Below are positions 1-9,803 of a stretch of 32,000 nt of DNA, piece after piece. The stretch is from NCBI GenBank assembly GCA_016699935.1, contig CP064992.1, positions 630,001-662,000 of the forward strand, written 5' to 3'. Both the position numbers and the translations under genes were made by a program. Source of the DNA: Candidatus Saccharimonadota bacterium. GTDB lineage: Bacteria > Patescibacteriota > Saccharimonadia > Saccharimonadales > UBA4665. Every line of letters begins with the position of its first letter. The first letter of the stretch is position 1. Under the pieces are notes generated by a model, which was not told the origin of the DNA, searched no databases, and saw nothing but the letters and a program-made list of their open reading frames with translations.

Positions 1-7
1 GAGGGGT

Positions 8-331
8 ATGGATTGTTCGTCAGAAATTTCTCCGCAATCACTCGCGCTGCTTGCCTTGGCACGTGCTGGGGCGGAACGGTTGGGGTGCAGTATAGAACTA
101 CATGAATTGCTTGGTGCCGGTTATGTTTTAGGCGTCAGCTCTGAAAGGTTTGATTCAAGTCTAGCGCTTCATCTTTCAGATTTTGATGATACATCTGTTG
201 CAACTACGCAGGCCAAAACAATGGTCTTAGAGGGATACAAAAGCCTACTCAATGAGAAGATGGGTCTAACGCTTAAAGAAGAAACCGTTCAAGCGATAAC
301 AGATGCCGCTGATGTTTTCGCGGTGGCATGA
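8..331 (+). CDS. hypothetical protein (may be 5'-truncated by the window edge)
   Basis: The ORF is 107 aa and its frame stays open back to nt 2. I recognise no motif. It is packed against the next two + strand ORFs. Confidence 0.35.
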   Translation: MDCSSEISPQSLALLALARAGAERLGCSIELHELLGAGYVLGVSSERFDSSLALHLSDFDDTSVATTQAKTMVLEGYKSLLNEKMGLTLKEETVQAITDAADVFAVA

Positions 332-509
332 ACGAGAGCATATGATACATCACCTCGATGCTCACTATGCTGCTCTTTCATGGGCCGCAAAGACGATGGA
401 TAAATTACGTGGTTTTCCTGCAGAGATTGTTGCAAATCATGTTGTATGGGCGCTTGGTGAAATGACACCGCTCGAACAAGGTAAAAGGTTGAAGGGGGCC
501 TGCATTTGA
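303..509 (+). CDS. small hypothetical protein (start uncertain: ATG 303 or ATG 342)
   Basis: The ORF is 68 aa and overlaps the previous ORF by 29 nt if it starts at 303. Its stop lies 1 nt before the next start codon. I recognise no motif. Confidence 0.3.
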   Translation: MPLMFSRWHEREHMIHHLDAHYAALSWAAKTMDKLRGFPAEIVANHVVWALGEMTPLEQGKRLKGACI

Positions 510-510
510 T

Positions 511-1089
511 ATGGCAGATAGCCGATTGTTCGAAGCAGAAGGCGGGATTATCAATCCTGATATAACAGAGCTAATTATGCGATTTGTCCGCCCAGAATTG
601 TTTGAAGAAAGTGTTTCGGTGTATCGTCATGCGCAGGGAGCTAGTAAAGCGAACACGGGGATTTTATCATACGGTGTGCCTGTGCCACAGCTGACTAAAA
701 TTTTCGCGCGACTTATAGCTGAACAAGAAATGTACGGAAAAGATGGCTGGTTACCAGGAGTTATCATGCTCACGACTGTCATGAAAGGAGATTTCCTGCA
801 GGCTCTAGCAGACCATACGCAGGCAGATACGCCTTTGGGCGAACTTTCACGAATGATTTTTGATTGCCCAAGAATCAGTTTGCTTGATGATGACCCGAAT
901 CATCTTAACTTAATACCGGCAGATGACGCTCGTGCGGTGCTACCTATACGTTCGATTCGCGGTGGTACAAAAACAACTTCAACCTGCCCAGGGTGGTGCG
1001 CCGGTGATGTAGTTGATTTTCGCACTGCATCTCCAGGCAGACTAGCAGAGATACTGGGAATTCATTTAGTAGAGCAAGAAGATATTTAG
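511..1089 (+). CDS. hypothetical protein
   Basis: An uninterrupted 192-aa ORF that starts 1 nt after the upstream stop. I recognise no family motif. A Cys pair (CPGWC) lies near the C-terminus. Confidence 0.45.
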   Translation: MADSRLFEAEGGIINPDITELIMRFVRPELFEESVSVYRHAQGASKANTGILSYGVPVPQLTKIFARLIAEQEMYGKDGWLPGVIMLTTVMKGDFLQALADHTQADTPLGELSRMIFDCPRISLLDDDPNHLNLIPADDARAVLPIRSIRGGTKTTSTCPGWCAGDVVDFRTASPGRLAEILGIHLVEQEDI

Positions 1090-1128
1090 ATGTTGTGGTG
1101 AATACAACACAATAGGGCAAATACATCC

Positions 1129-1157
1129 TTGACTTAGTGGGTTTTGGTCTATACAAT
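1129..1157 (+). promoter_or_regulatory. sigma70-type promoter candidate for the 16S rRNA gene
   Basis: TTGACT (1129-1134), a 17-nt spacer, then TACAAT (1152-1157). It lies about 205 nt upstream of the mature 16S 5' end. Confidence 0.5.
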
Positions 1158-1362
1158 AGCCAGCTAGTGCTTTTGAGGTCTCTATTTAGTGTCTCTCGAA
1201 AACTGGTCATTAAAAATTGAATAGTGCAAGGTCCCCTTTTACGAGGGGGACAATCAACGTCAGTTCACATTTCCGGCATTTGCCGGAGTGAATTGTTTTA
1301 GAAATTTCGAATCATAGATTCATGAAAGTAAGTCAGATTCAATCTGGCGCTAAGACAAATTC

Positions 1363-2929
<1,567 letters not shown>

Positions 2930-3148
2930 AGGGAGAAACTAGCAGCGTGTTTCGCACCGTAGGTGAGAAACATGTGAGCTAGGTCGATGTCGATGGATTG
3001 TAAATCAGTACTGACAATCCAATTTCCATCGTTGCTCTTCGGAGCTACGAGGGACGACACATTCAGTTTCTGAATTTTATGTGATAACAACGTTGATTGC
3101 ACTATTCAGTTTTTAATCAGGAAAGCACCGATATAATCTGAATAACCA

Positions 3149-3183
3149 AAGAAGGCCATCACTTGCGAGAGGCCTTCTTTTTT
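3149..3183 (+). terminator. hairpin plus T-run after the 16S processing stem (possibly bidirectional, also facing the GNAT gene)
   Basis: AAGAAGGCC (3149-3157) pairs with GGCCTTCTT (3171-3179) and is followed by a T-run. On the opposite strand it is preceded by an A-run. Confidence 0.45.
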
Positions 3184-3281
3184 ATGATTTATCGCTCAGG
3201 TTAGATTGATCAATCTCTTAAAAAGTATGCTGATAAAAAGCGTGCGTCAGAGTCGTGGGGAAGCGGGAGTTAATATTATAT

Positions 3282-3890
3282 TTAATAGACACCGAGCTGC
3301 CATGGGTTACTCTGAGCGCTGCCGGAAACGGACGTTGCGGAGCTTATGAGCGAAATAATTCTTTGCTGTGCTAGTTGTATGCTGTGGCGCGGTATCACTG
3401 GATGCGGGGCGCTCGAAAAATGCGGTAGGTTCGGAGAGATGCGGGGATTGGCTTTTGCGTCGGCACGGGTGAAGCCGTTTTTAGGTGATACGCTTTCAGT
3501 TTTCATTATCGGCTGGGGCGGTAAGGCGCAGGAACTGTCGACCATTTTTGCAACCTCTAGGCAAATAAGGTCTATGATTTGGCTGCCCACATGCTGGCCG
3601 CGTAGACCGGGAGCGACGACGAGGCGGTGCAGGTAACCAGCGATGGGTGGTTGCTGGCCCCAGCGGCTAGGGTCGTCCCAAAAGAGCATAAAGATGGCAA
3701 CAATTTCTTCTTCGGTATAGGCTACGTACATATTCCCGCCGTTAATAATAGCTTTCAGCTGGCTTTCATCTGTCACGCTCTCGCCCCAAGCAAGATCGCC
3801 ACGGTACATCTTGCTGCGAATGCCATGCTCCAGAATAGCTCTAATGTCTTCTAAGTCTTCCTCTATAGCCTGAGCAATCCCAATATTCAT
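3282..3890 (-). pseudogene. GNAT-family N-acetyltransferase with a disturbed reading frame in the C-terminal third (possible sequencing artefact)
   Basis: The N-terminal 118 aa carry GNAT motif A (YLHRLVVAPGLRGQHVGSQII). The expected continuation NGRQFLRLTAPADNEN and KAYHLK(N)GFTR appears only by switching frames at homopolymer runs, for example T5 at 3546-3550 and 3478-3482. The true 3' end is uncertain. Confidence 0.7.
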
Positions 3891-3922
3891 ACTTGGATTA
3901 TACCAGGCATTGCTAGGGTAAA

Positions 3923-4978
3923 CGTAGAGAACTCAAGACCTTTGCAACATTTCAGCAGGAGTCTTGCACTGTAAACTCAAGTGTACTCGCTTGAAGTTGT
4001 AATATTCAAAGGTAATCGTCTAGTTTTGTTTGTATGTGCTTGGTGGTTATCTTGTAGGATATTGAGCTTCCAAGACATTCTTCCTGGACGGTGCGGTTAA
4101 AGCGTTCTATGTGTGCATTGTCATTAGGTCTCCCAGTCTGGTATGTCGGGTAGACATAACATTTCTTCTGAGCACTTGCTCAAAGTAATGGCTAAACTCC
4201 GGACCATTGTCAGCCTGCACCATATGGAAGTCAAAGCCAAACTCATTCCTGGCATGTAGCACCACACGTGCAGCCAAGCCAGGCAGAATGCGAGGATGGA
4301 TCTCGACGTAGGCCATACGGGTATACAAATCTATGACGGTATAGACATACCTTCTGCTCTTGGTTAATGGGCAAATATAGTGAATGGTGTCCGTTTCAAC
4401 CAGCTCACCAGGCCTAGTCACGTGGGGACGCCTTGGATTATCTGGACGCACCCGTTTCTTCCGAGCACCGTCAAAGCAGTGGTAACGCCGCAATATGCGG
4501 CGCACACTACTCAGGCTTACGTGTAAGCCATCCGTGCGGGCGATGTGGTACCAAACAACCTCAGCACAGCGTTTAAGTTGAGCCCGAAGCTCTAGTACTC
4601 GGGCAACAATATAAGGAGCAACAGCACGAGGACTGGTACATGGCCTGAGCTAATGGTGGAACCAGCCACTTGAGGGCTGCTTGCCTAAATACATTGCCGG
4701 CACTCCTGGTTGGTCGGTTATCGTTGGTAAGCTGAACGTTCTCATTGAGCGCCTCCCATTTCTGTTTCCAGCGCCAGACTGTACTGCGGTGTACACTGCA
4801 ACGGTTCGCTACCACCTGTAGTGGTAGCTTTTCACGGATGAGCAACTGCATGGCAATTGCTCTCGCTTTTGGTAAGTTAGGTTGGTAGAATAAGTATGGT
4901 AGGCTCCTTTCATTGTTATGTGGTAATAACAGTTTAGGACGCCTACCTTTTAGGTTGCAAAGGTGGTGAGTTACTACG
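3923..4978 (-). mobile_element. IS481-like insertion sequence (about 1.06 kb) with imperfect terminal inverted repeats
   Basis: IR-L at 3923-3948 (CGTAGAGAACTCAAGACCTTTGCAAC) matches the reverse complement of IR-R at 4954-4978 (CGTAGTAACTCACCACCTTTGCAAC), with an 11-bp perfect core. It encloses a single HTH + DDE transposase gene whose stop codon lies inside IR-L. Confidence 0.75.
3933..4913 (-). pseudogene. DDE transposase (N-terminal HTH plus rve integrase core), read through about 4 frameshifts
   Basis: The pieces are MKGAYHTYSTNLTYQK / ARAIAMQLLIREKLPLQVVANRCSVHRSTVWRW (HTH) and RPCTSPRAV...VSLSSVRRILRR. Catalytic residues sit in ETDTIHY (D), VQADNGPEF (D) and RPNDNAHIERFNRTVQEE (E). The tail is YYNFKRVHLSLQCKTPAEMLQRS*. 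The pieces lie in different frames. Two of the frame switches coincide with short homopolymers, near 4127-4136 and at 4008-4010. Confidence 0.8.
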
Positions 4979-4984
4979 GGTGGC

Positions 4985-5013
4985 TTGTTTTCAGAGGGTG
5001 TTTCCGGTAAAAT
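4985..5013 (+). promoter_or_regulatory. weak promoter candidate just outside the IS right end
   Basis: TTGTTT (4985-4990), a 17-nt spacer, then TAAAAT (5008-5013). It lies 20 nt upstream of the tRNA-Ala fragment. Confidence 0.3.
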
Positions 5014-5032
5014 ACGGCGGTAGTTTGGTTGA

Positions 5033-5076
5033 GGGGTGATAGCTCAGTTGGCTAGAGCACCTGACTAGCAAGCAGG
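5033..5076 (+). pseudogene. tRNA-Ala 5' half fragment (acceptor 5' strand, D-arm and anticodon arm only)
   Basis: This 44-nt stretch matches the first 44 nt of the intact tRNA-Ala at 5201 with 4 substitutions. The anticodon is mutated from TGC to AGC. No T-arm or 3' acceptor strand follows. Confidence 0.6.
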
Positions 5077-5200
5077 TGAGAAGTGCCAGCGGCACTTGCA
5101 AGGCAACTTTTCAGATTTCAAACTTGTTTGAAGTATGCTTTTTGAGGGGTCGCGGAACGTGACCCGGCGGACCCCGTCATTAACAATCAAATTTGGTCTT

Positions 5201-5277
5201 GGGGTGATAGCTCAGTTGGTTAGAGCACCTGCTTTGCAAGCAGGGGGTCCGGGGTTCGAGTCCCCGTCACTCCACCA
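5201..5277 (+). tRNA. tRNA-Ala(UGC)
   Basis: Manual cloverleaf: GGGGTGA/TCACTCC acceptor with the G3:U70 Ala identity pair. D-arm GCTC-AGTTGGTTA-GAGC, anticodon arm CCTGC-TTTGCAA-GCAGG, T-arm CGGGG-TTCGAGT-CCCCG. CCA is encoded. Confidence 0.95.
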
Positions 5278-5284
5278 AGGTTCT

Positions 5285-5353
5285 AATGAGACAAAACTAT
5301 CAGTTTTTCTCATCGCGCCGAGAAACGGAATGAATCCGTTTCGCGGGCTGCTC
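5285..5353 (-). repeat. two-hairpin module, copy A (inverted orientation relative to copies B and C)
   Basis: The reverse complement reads GAGCAGCC-[hairpin GAAACGGA/TCCGTTTC]-CGCGATGAGA-[hairpin AAAACT/AGTTTT]-TCTCATT. It lies 8 nt downstream of the tRNA-Ala CCA end. Confidence 0.65.
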
Positions 5354-5519
5354 TTTCGAAGCGCAGGACAGTGGTATTCATGGGGCGCAGTGCCTCAAAG
5401 CACAGCGTCTCCACCATTCGATTCACTTGTTCGCTTATGGTAAACCATTGACGTTCGGAGTTGAATGCTCCCAAGTAAGGACAATAAGCAAATTAATAAT
5501 TCAATTAGATCTGACTGAT

Positions 5520-5595
5520 GGGCGATTAGCTCAGCTGGTTAGAGCGCGTCACTGATAATGACGAGGTCGGAGGTTCGAGTCCTCATCGCCCACCA
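5520..5595 (+). tRNA. tRNA-Ile(GAU)
   Basis: GGGCGAT/ATCGCCC acceptor, D-arm GCTC-AGCTGGTTA-GAGC, anticodon arm CGTCA-CTGATAA-TGACG, T-arm GGAGG-TTCGAGT-CCTC, with CCA encoded. The 3' strand of the T-stem is one C short (CCTC instead of CCTCC), which is consistent with a homopolymer undercount. Confidence 0.85.
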
Positions 5596-5619
5596 ATCAG
5601 AGCTAATTGTCAGTTCATT

Positions 5620-5671
5620 TCTCGGTAGAGATTATGGTGAGGTCGGAAGTTCAAAGTCCTCATCACGTACC
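5620..5671 (+). pseudogene. degenerate copy of the tRNA-Ile 3' part
   Basis: GAGGTCGGAAGTTCAAAGTCCTCATCACGTACC (5639-5671) aligns with GAGGTCGGAGGTTCGAGTCCTCATCGCCCACC of the intact gene, with several substitutions and one indel. It is preceded by a faint D-arm/anticodon-arm remnant (CTCGGTAGAG, ATTATGGTG). Confidence 0.5.
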
Positions 5672-5775
5672 GTACATGTCATATTCTGCAAGTGCGGAAT
5701 TTTTGTGATATATATTACAAACACCTGCCGCATTGTCAGGGGCGAGGGTGTTGCAAAAACGACTACAGGTAGGGG

Positions 5776-5804
5776 TTGACCGCCCCTGTAAAAGAGAGTA
5801 GAAT
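5776..5804 (+). promoter_or_regulatory. sigma70-type promoter candidate for the 23S-5S unit
   Basis: TTGACC (5776-5781), a 17-nt spacer, then TAGAAT (5799-5804). It lies upstream of the 5' strand of the 23S processing stem (6137-6155). Confidence 0.45.
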
Positions 5805-6645
5805 TGTACGGATGCTTGAGTTTAGACAGTGAGGCTTCGGTAATACCGGCCAAACGGAAATAAACCGCCAAGCTTTAAGCTTAAACTCAAGCTAAAAACG
5901 CATCGTCGTCTTTTCTTTTTCGAAAGATATGGACACGGTGAAGTGTCTTGAGTCGCATTTTAACAAGTCAAATATGTTAGAGAAGAGAATTTGTTCGCTC
6001 GACATCGCTCGGGGTACCCCCTCGAGAGTTACAGCGAACAAGAAAGCAAGATTATCTGTTTTTCGAACAGATAATCACAGAAGACAAACGGCTATTGATA
6101 TTGATCACGGTGGTTTTCAAATTGCCATACGTGGTACATACCAATAACCAGTCAACCCGGCCCCTATTTTTACGAGTAGGAGTCCGGGATTGAACTCGAC
6201 CGCCGCAAGGCAGCTGAGTTCAATTGCACAAATGCGGAACAAACGAAGTTTGTTCTCGTTAAATCAAGCTCTGACTTTTGACGGATTTATTCCGGCAATA
6301 GTCTGTCCGCTAGAGGAAAAAGAGCAGCGAATCGACGAGGAAAATGTAGTTTTGTTTCGTTTTCGTAAAAAGTTACTCAAGCGCACACAAAGGATGCCTT
6401 GACATGTAATACCGAAGAAGGACGTGATGAGCTGCGAAAAGCTCCGGGGAACAGCCAAATATGTTTTGATCCGGAGATGTCCGAATGGGGAAACCCGGCT
6501 GGAGTAATGTCCAGTCACCGCTATCTGAATATATAGGATAGTGAGTAGGTAACCGCCTGAACTGAAACATCTTAGTAGGGCGAGGAAGAGAAAGTAAACA
6601 ACGATTCCGGTAGTAGTGGCGAGCGAATCCGGAACAGCCCAAACC

Positions 6646-6828
6646 TATTTTGCTTTTGCCTGGTAATTTATTACTGGCAAATAAGTTGGTAGACGAATGT
6701 AAATTACGGGGTTGTGACATTGCAAACATCCTTGTGTGGGAGTCCGCTTCGGCGGGAGTCCACACGAGGCAGCTAGATCTACCAGTGTCTAGCATAAGGT
6801 CAGAAATTGATGAGGCGAGCAGAAGCAA
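6646..6828 (+). other. 23S domain I expansion (about 180 nt where E. coli has about 30 nt, roughly E. coli nt 271-305)
   Basis: It lies between CAGCCCAAACC and CTGGAAAGTTGCGCC. It contains a UUCG-capped hairpin, GTGTGGGAGTCCGC-TTCG-GCGGGAGTCCACAC. Confidence 0.6.
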
Positions 6829-6896
6829 CTGGAAAGTTGCGCCATAGACGGTGATAGCCCGGTACGCCAAGTTTCATCAACCTTATATTTGCAAAC

Positions 6897-7049
6897 TTGC
6901 GTGGGACGCAAGATTTAGCAGACAAACAAATAGCATTTAGCAGAAATTGAGCAGCTATCAGGTTGCAGACGAAAACATCTGAAACCTGAAAAATGTTAAA
7001 TTCTGTCATCCGCGATTTGGTGCCTGATAAATCTCGCGTTTTACGCGAG
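6897..7049 (+). repeat. 153-nt TIR-bearing insertion element in 23S, copy 1 (domain I)
   Basis: It interrupts conserved 23S sequence between GGTGATAGCCCGGTACGCC... and ...GTCGAGTAGGTCGGGGCACGTG. It has the same length as the element at 7856-8008 and aligns with it over the full length. Its ends are inverted repeats. Confidence 0.8.
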
Positions 7050-7855
7050 TCTTAGTGTCGAGTAGGTCGGGGCACGTGAAATCCTGACTGAATCTGGGGG
7101 GTCCACCCTCCAAGGCTAAATATATTACATGATCGATAGAGAACAAGTACCGCGAGGGAAAGGTTAAAAGAACCCCGGGAGGGGAGTGAAATAGAACCTG
7201 AAATTGTGTGCGTACAAGGAGTCGGAGTCCCGCCTTTGGCGGGATGACGGCGTGCTTTTTGTAGAACGATCCAACGAGTTATTTGCTACGGCAAGCTTAA
7301 GTCATATGACGTAAGCTAAGCGAAAGCGAGTCTGAATAGGGCATTCAGTCGTAGTAAATAGACCCGAAACCAGGTGACCTAACCATGGGCAGGTTGAAGC
7401 GTCGGTAAAACGACGTGGAGGACCGAACCGTAGCGAGTTGCAACACGCCCGGATGACCTGTGGTTAGCGGTGAAATGCCAATCGAACCTGGAGATAGCTG
7501 GTTCTCCTCGAAATAGCTTTAGGGCTAGCGTTGTACGGTAGCTGATAGGGGTAGAGCTCTGTTTCGGACTGGGGGTCGTAAGATTACCCACCCTTGACAA
7601 ACTACGAATACTATCAGTGGAACTACAGCAGTCAGAACGGCGGGGCTAAGCTCGTCGCTCGAAAGGGAAACAGCCCAGATCACCATCTAAGGTCCCCAAG
7701 TCTATGCTAAGTGGGAAACGAGGTGGGGTTTCTTAAACAACTAGGATGTTGGCTTAGAAGCAGCCATTCATTTAAAGAGTGCGTAACAGCTCACTAGTCA
7801 AGAGGCCCTGCGCGGAAAATGTAACGGGGCTAAGCATAGCACCGAAGATGTGAAC

Positions 7856-8008
7856 TTGTGCATAGCACAAGATTTAGCAGAAAAACAGGTAGCATGTTTC
7901 AGAAATTTTTCAGGTATCAGGTTACAGACGAGCCGTCTGCCACCTGCCAAATGCAAAATTTCTGTTATCTGCGACTTGTGACCTGATAAATCATGCGCTA
8001 TGCATGAG
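7856..8008 (+). repeat. 153-nt TIR-bearing insertion element in 23S, copy 2 (helix 45 loop, the classical IVS site)
   Basis: It is inserted between GCACCGAAGATGTGAAC and TGGTAGAGGAGCGTTC. It shares the blocks GATTTAGCAGA, CAGAAATT, TATCAGGTTRCAGACGA and CCTGATAAATC with copy 1. Confidence 0.8.
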
Positions 8009-8505
8009 TGGTAGAGGAGCGTTCCTCTCAGCGTTGAAGTTGAACCGTGAGGTTTGGTGGAGCGTGAGGAAGTGAGAATGTTGGAATGAGTAACCATAAG
8101 GCAGGTGAGAATCCTGCCCACCGAAAGAGCAAGGTTTCCTGGGCCACGGTAATCGTCCCAGGGTTAGTCGGTCCTAAGCCGAGGCGCGTAGCGTAGGCGA
8201 TGGACAACGGGTTAATATTCCCGTACTGGCATGTATTTGTTATATGTGCGCGGCATAGTAGTAGGAGCGGATTCATGGTTATATCCGTCTAAGTGCGAGA
8301 AAAGCGTACGAATGAAACGACCATCAGGTTGAATTTCGATGAAAGTGCTGACTAGAAAAGCAATATAACGCGTGGTACATGCCACCCGTACCGCAAACCG
8401 ACACAGGTGCTCAGGTCGAGAAGACCAAGGTGTACGAGTGATTCTTCGTTAAGGAACTCGGCAAACAAGCGACCGTAACTTCGGGATAAGGTCTGCCCCC
8501 TCACT

Positions 8506-8756
8506 CTGTCTATGACAGGTGAGTATGCCAGTTTTCTTTTTGAAAACCTGGCGTGAATGTAAGTTTATAACTTCTTATGTTCACGACAAATCGAACAATT
8601 TTTGAGACATATCAGAAAGAAAGCTGTCCCAAACACACTAGATGCGTTATTGCTGCAAACTGTTCCCGAAAGGGAAATGAGCAGCCGGAGCAACGAATTT
8701 ATTTCGGTGCACCGCGCGATGAGAAAAACCGTAGGTTTTATCTCATTCACAGCTAG
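8506..8756 (+). other. 23S expansion of about 250 nt in the helix 63 region
   Basis: It is closed by GCCCCCTCACT (8495-8505) pairing with AGTGAGGGGGC (8757-8767). E. coli has about 45-60 nt here. It contains two-hairpin module copy B. Confidence 0.7.
8679..8747 (+). repeat. two-hairpin module, copy B (inside the 23S expansion)
   Basis: GAGCAGCC-GGA-[GCAACGAA/TTCGGTGC]-ACCG-CGCGATGAGA-[AAAACC/GGTTTT]-A-TCTCATT. Confidence 0.65.
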
Positions 8757-9207
8757 AGTGAGGGGGCCGCAGCTAAAGAACCCATGCAACTGTTTACCAA
8801 AAACACAGGTCTGTGCTAACACGAAAGTGGATGTATACGGGTTGACGCCTGCCCGGTGCTGGAAGGTTAAGGGGAGTTGTGTATGCAGCGAACTGAAGCC
8901 CCAGTGAACGGCGGCGGTAACTATAACCGTCCTAAGGTAGCGAAATTCCTTGTCAGGTAAGTTCTGACCCGCACGAATGGCGTAATGATATGGGTACTGT
9001 CTCAACGAAGAGCTCGGTGAAAGTGCATTGACGGTAAAGATGCCGTCTGTCCGCAGCAGGACGAAAAGACCCCGTGCAGCTTTACTATAGCTTGACATTG
9101 AGCCGGGTTATAACATGTGTAGTATAGGTGAGAGACTTTGAAGCCCAGACGCTAGTCTAGGTGGAGTCACCAGTGAAATATCACCCTTGTTATGATCTTG
9201 TTCTTTA

Positions 9208-9405
9208 CGGGGCCCTCAATTTGCGGAGCAAATGGAGGGCATTGATCATTTTTCATTGATAATTTACCATTAATTCTTCATTGTACATGTTTCAATTATG
9301 CATTTTAGAGTGCCAAATGAGACATGCTACCTGATCAATTAATGCAAAATGTCCAATGGTAATGGTAATGACCTCTGAATTTGATCCTCAAATTCAGGGT
9401 CCCGG
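9208..9405 (+). other. AT-rich 23S expansion (about 175 nt extra, helix 79 region near E. coli nt 2200-2225)
   Basis: It lies between CCCTTGTTATGATCTTGTTCTTTACGG and GGACCGTGTCTGGTGGGTAGTTT. It is flanked by hairpins GCCCTCAATTTGC/GCAAATGGAGGGC and CTGAATTTGA/TCAAATTCAG. The centre is strongly AT-rich and contains no ORF. Confidence 0.7.
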
Positions 9406-9710
9406 ACCGTGTCTGGTGGGTAGTTTAACTGGGGCGGTTGCCTCCTAAAGAGTATCGGAGGCGTTCAAAGGTTAGCTAACTACGGATGGAAATCGTAGTG
9501 ATAGTGTATACGCATAAGCTAGCTTGACTGTGAGGCCTACAAGCCGAGCAGGGACGAAAGTCGGAGTAAGTTTTCCGCTGTCAGTACATTTGTACAAGAG
9601 TGTGGTATCGGCAGCGCTTTCGGATAAAAGTTACGCCGGGGATAACAGGCTTATAGCATCCAATAGTTCACATAGACGATGCTGTTTGGCACCTCGATGT
9701 CGGCTCATCT

Positions 9711-9741
<31 letters not shown>

Positions 9742-9769
9742 CGGCTGTTCGCCGGTTAAAGAGGTACGT

Positions 9770-9803
<34 letters not shown>

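Noticed and set aside
5033-5200. The possibility that the first tRNA-like sequence is an intron-containing tRNA gene
   Set aside because: No T-arm or 3' acceptor strand complementary to GGGGTGA follows within the 125 nt before the next tRNA. The sequence matches the 5' 44 nt of the adjacent tRNA-Ala with point substitutions, so it is a truncated duplicate.
6800-8121. Similar peptides (VCNLI..FL..A.C.SAKSC) encoded on the minus strand of both 153-nt 23S elements
   Set aside because: The peptide similarity of about 50% is what roughly 75% nucleotide identity gives without selection. The ORFs start or stop at different places relative to the element and extend into conserved rRNA. The similarity is best explained by the nucleotide repeat itself.
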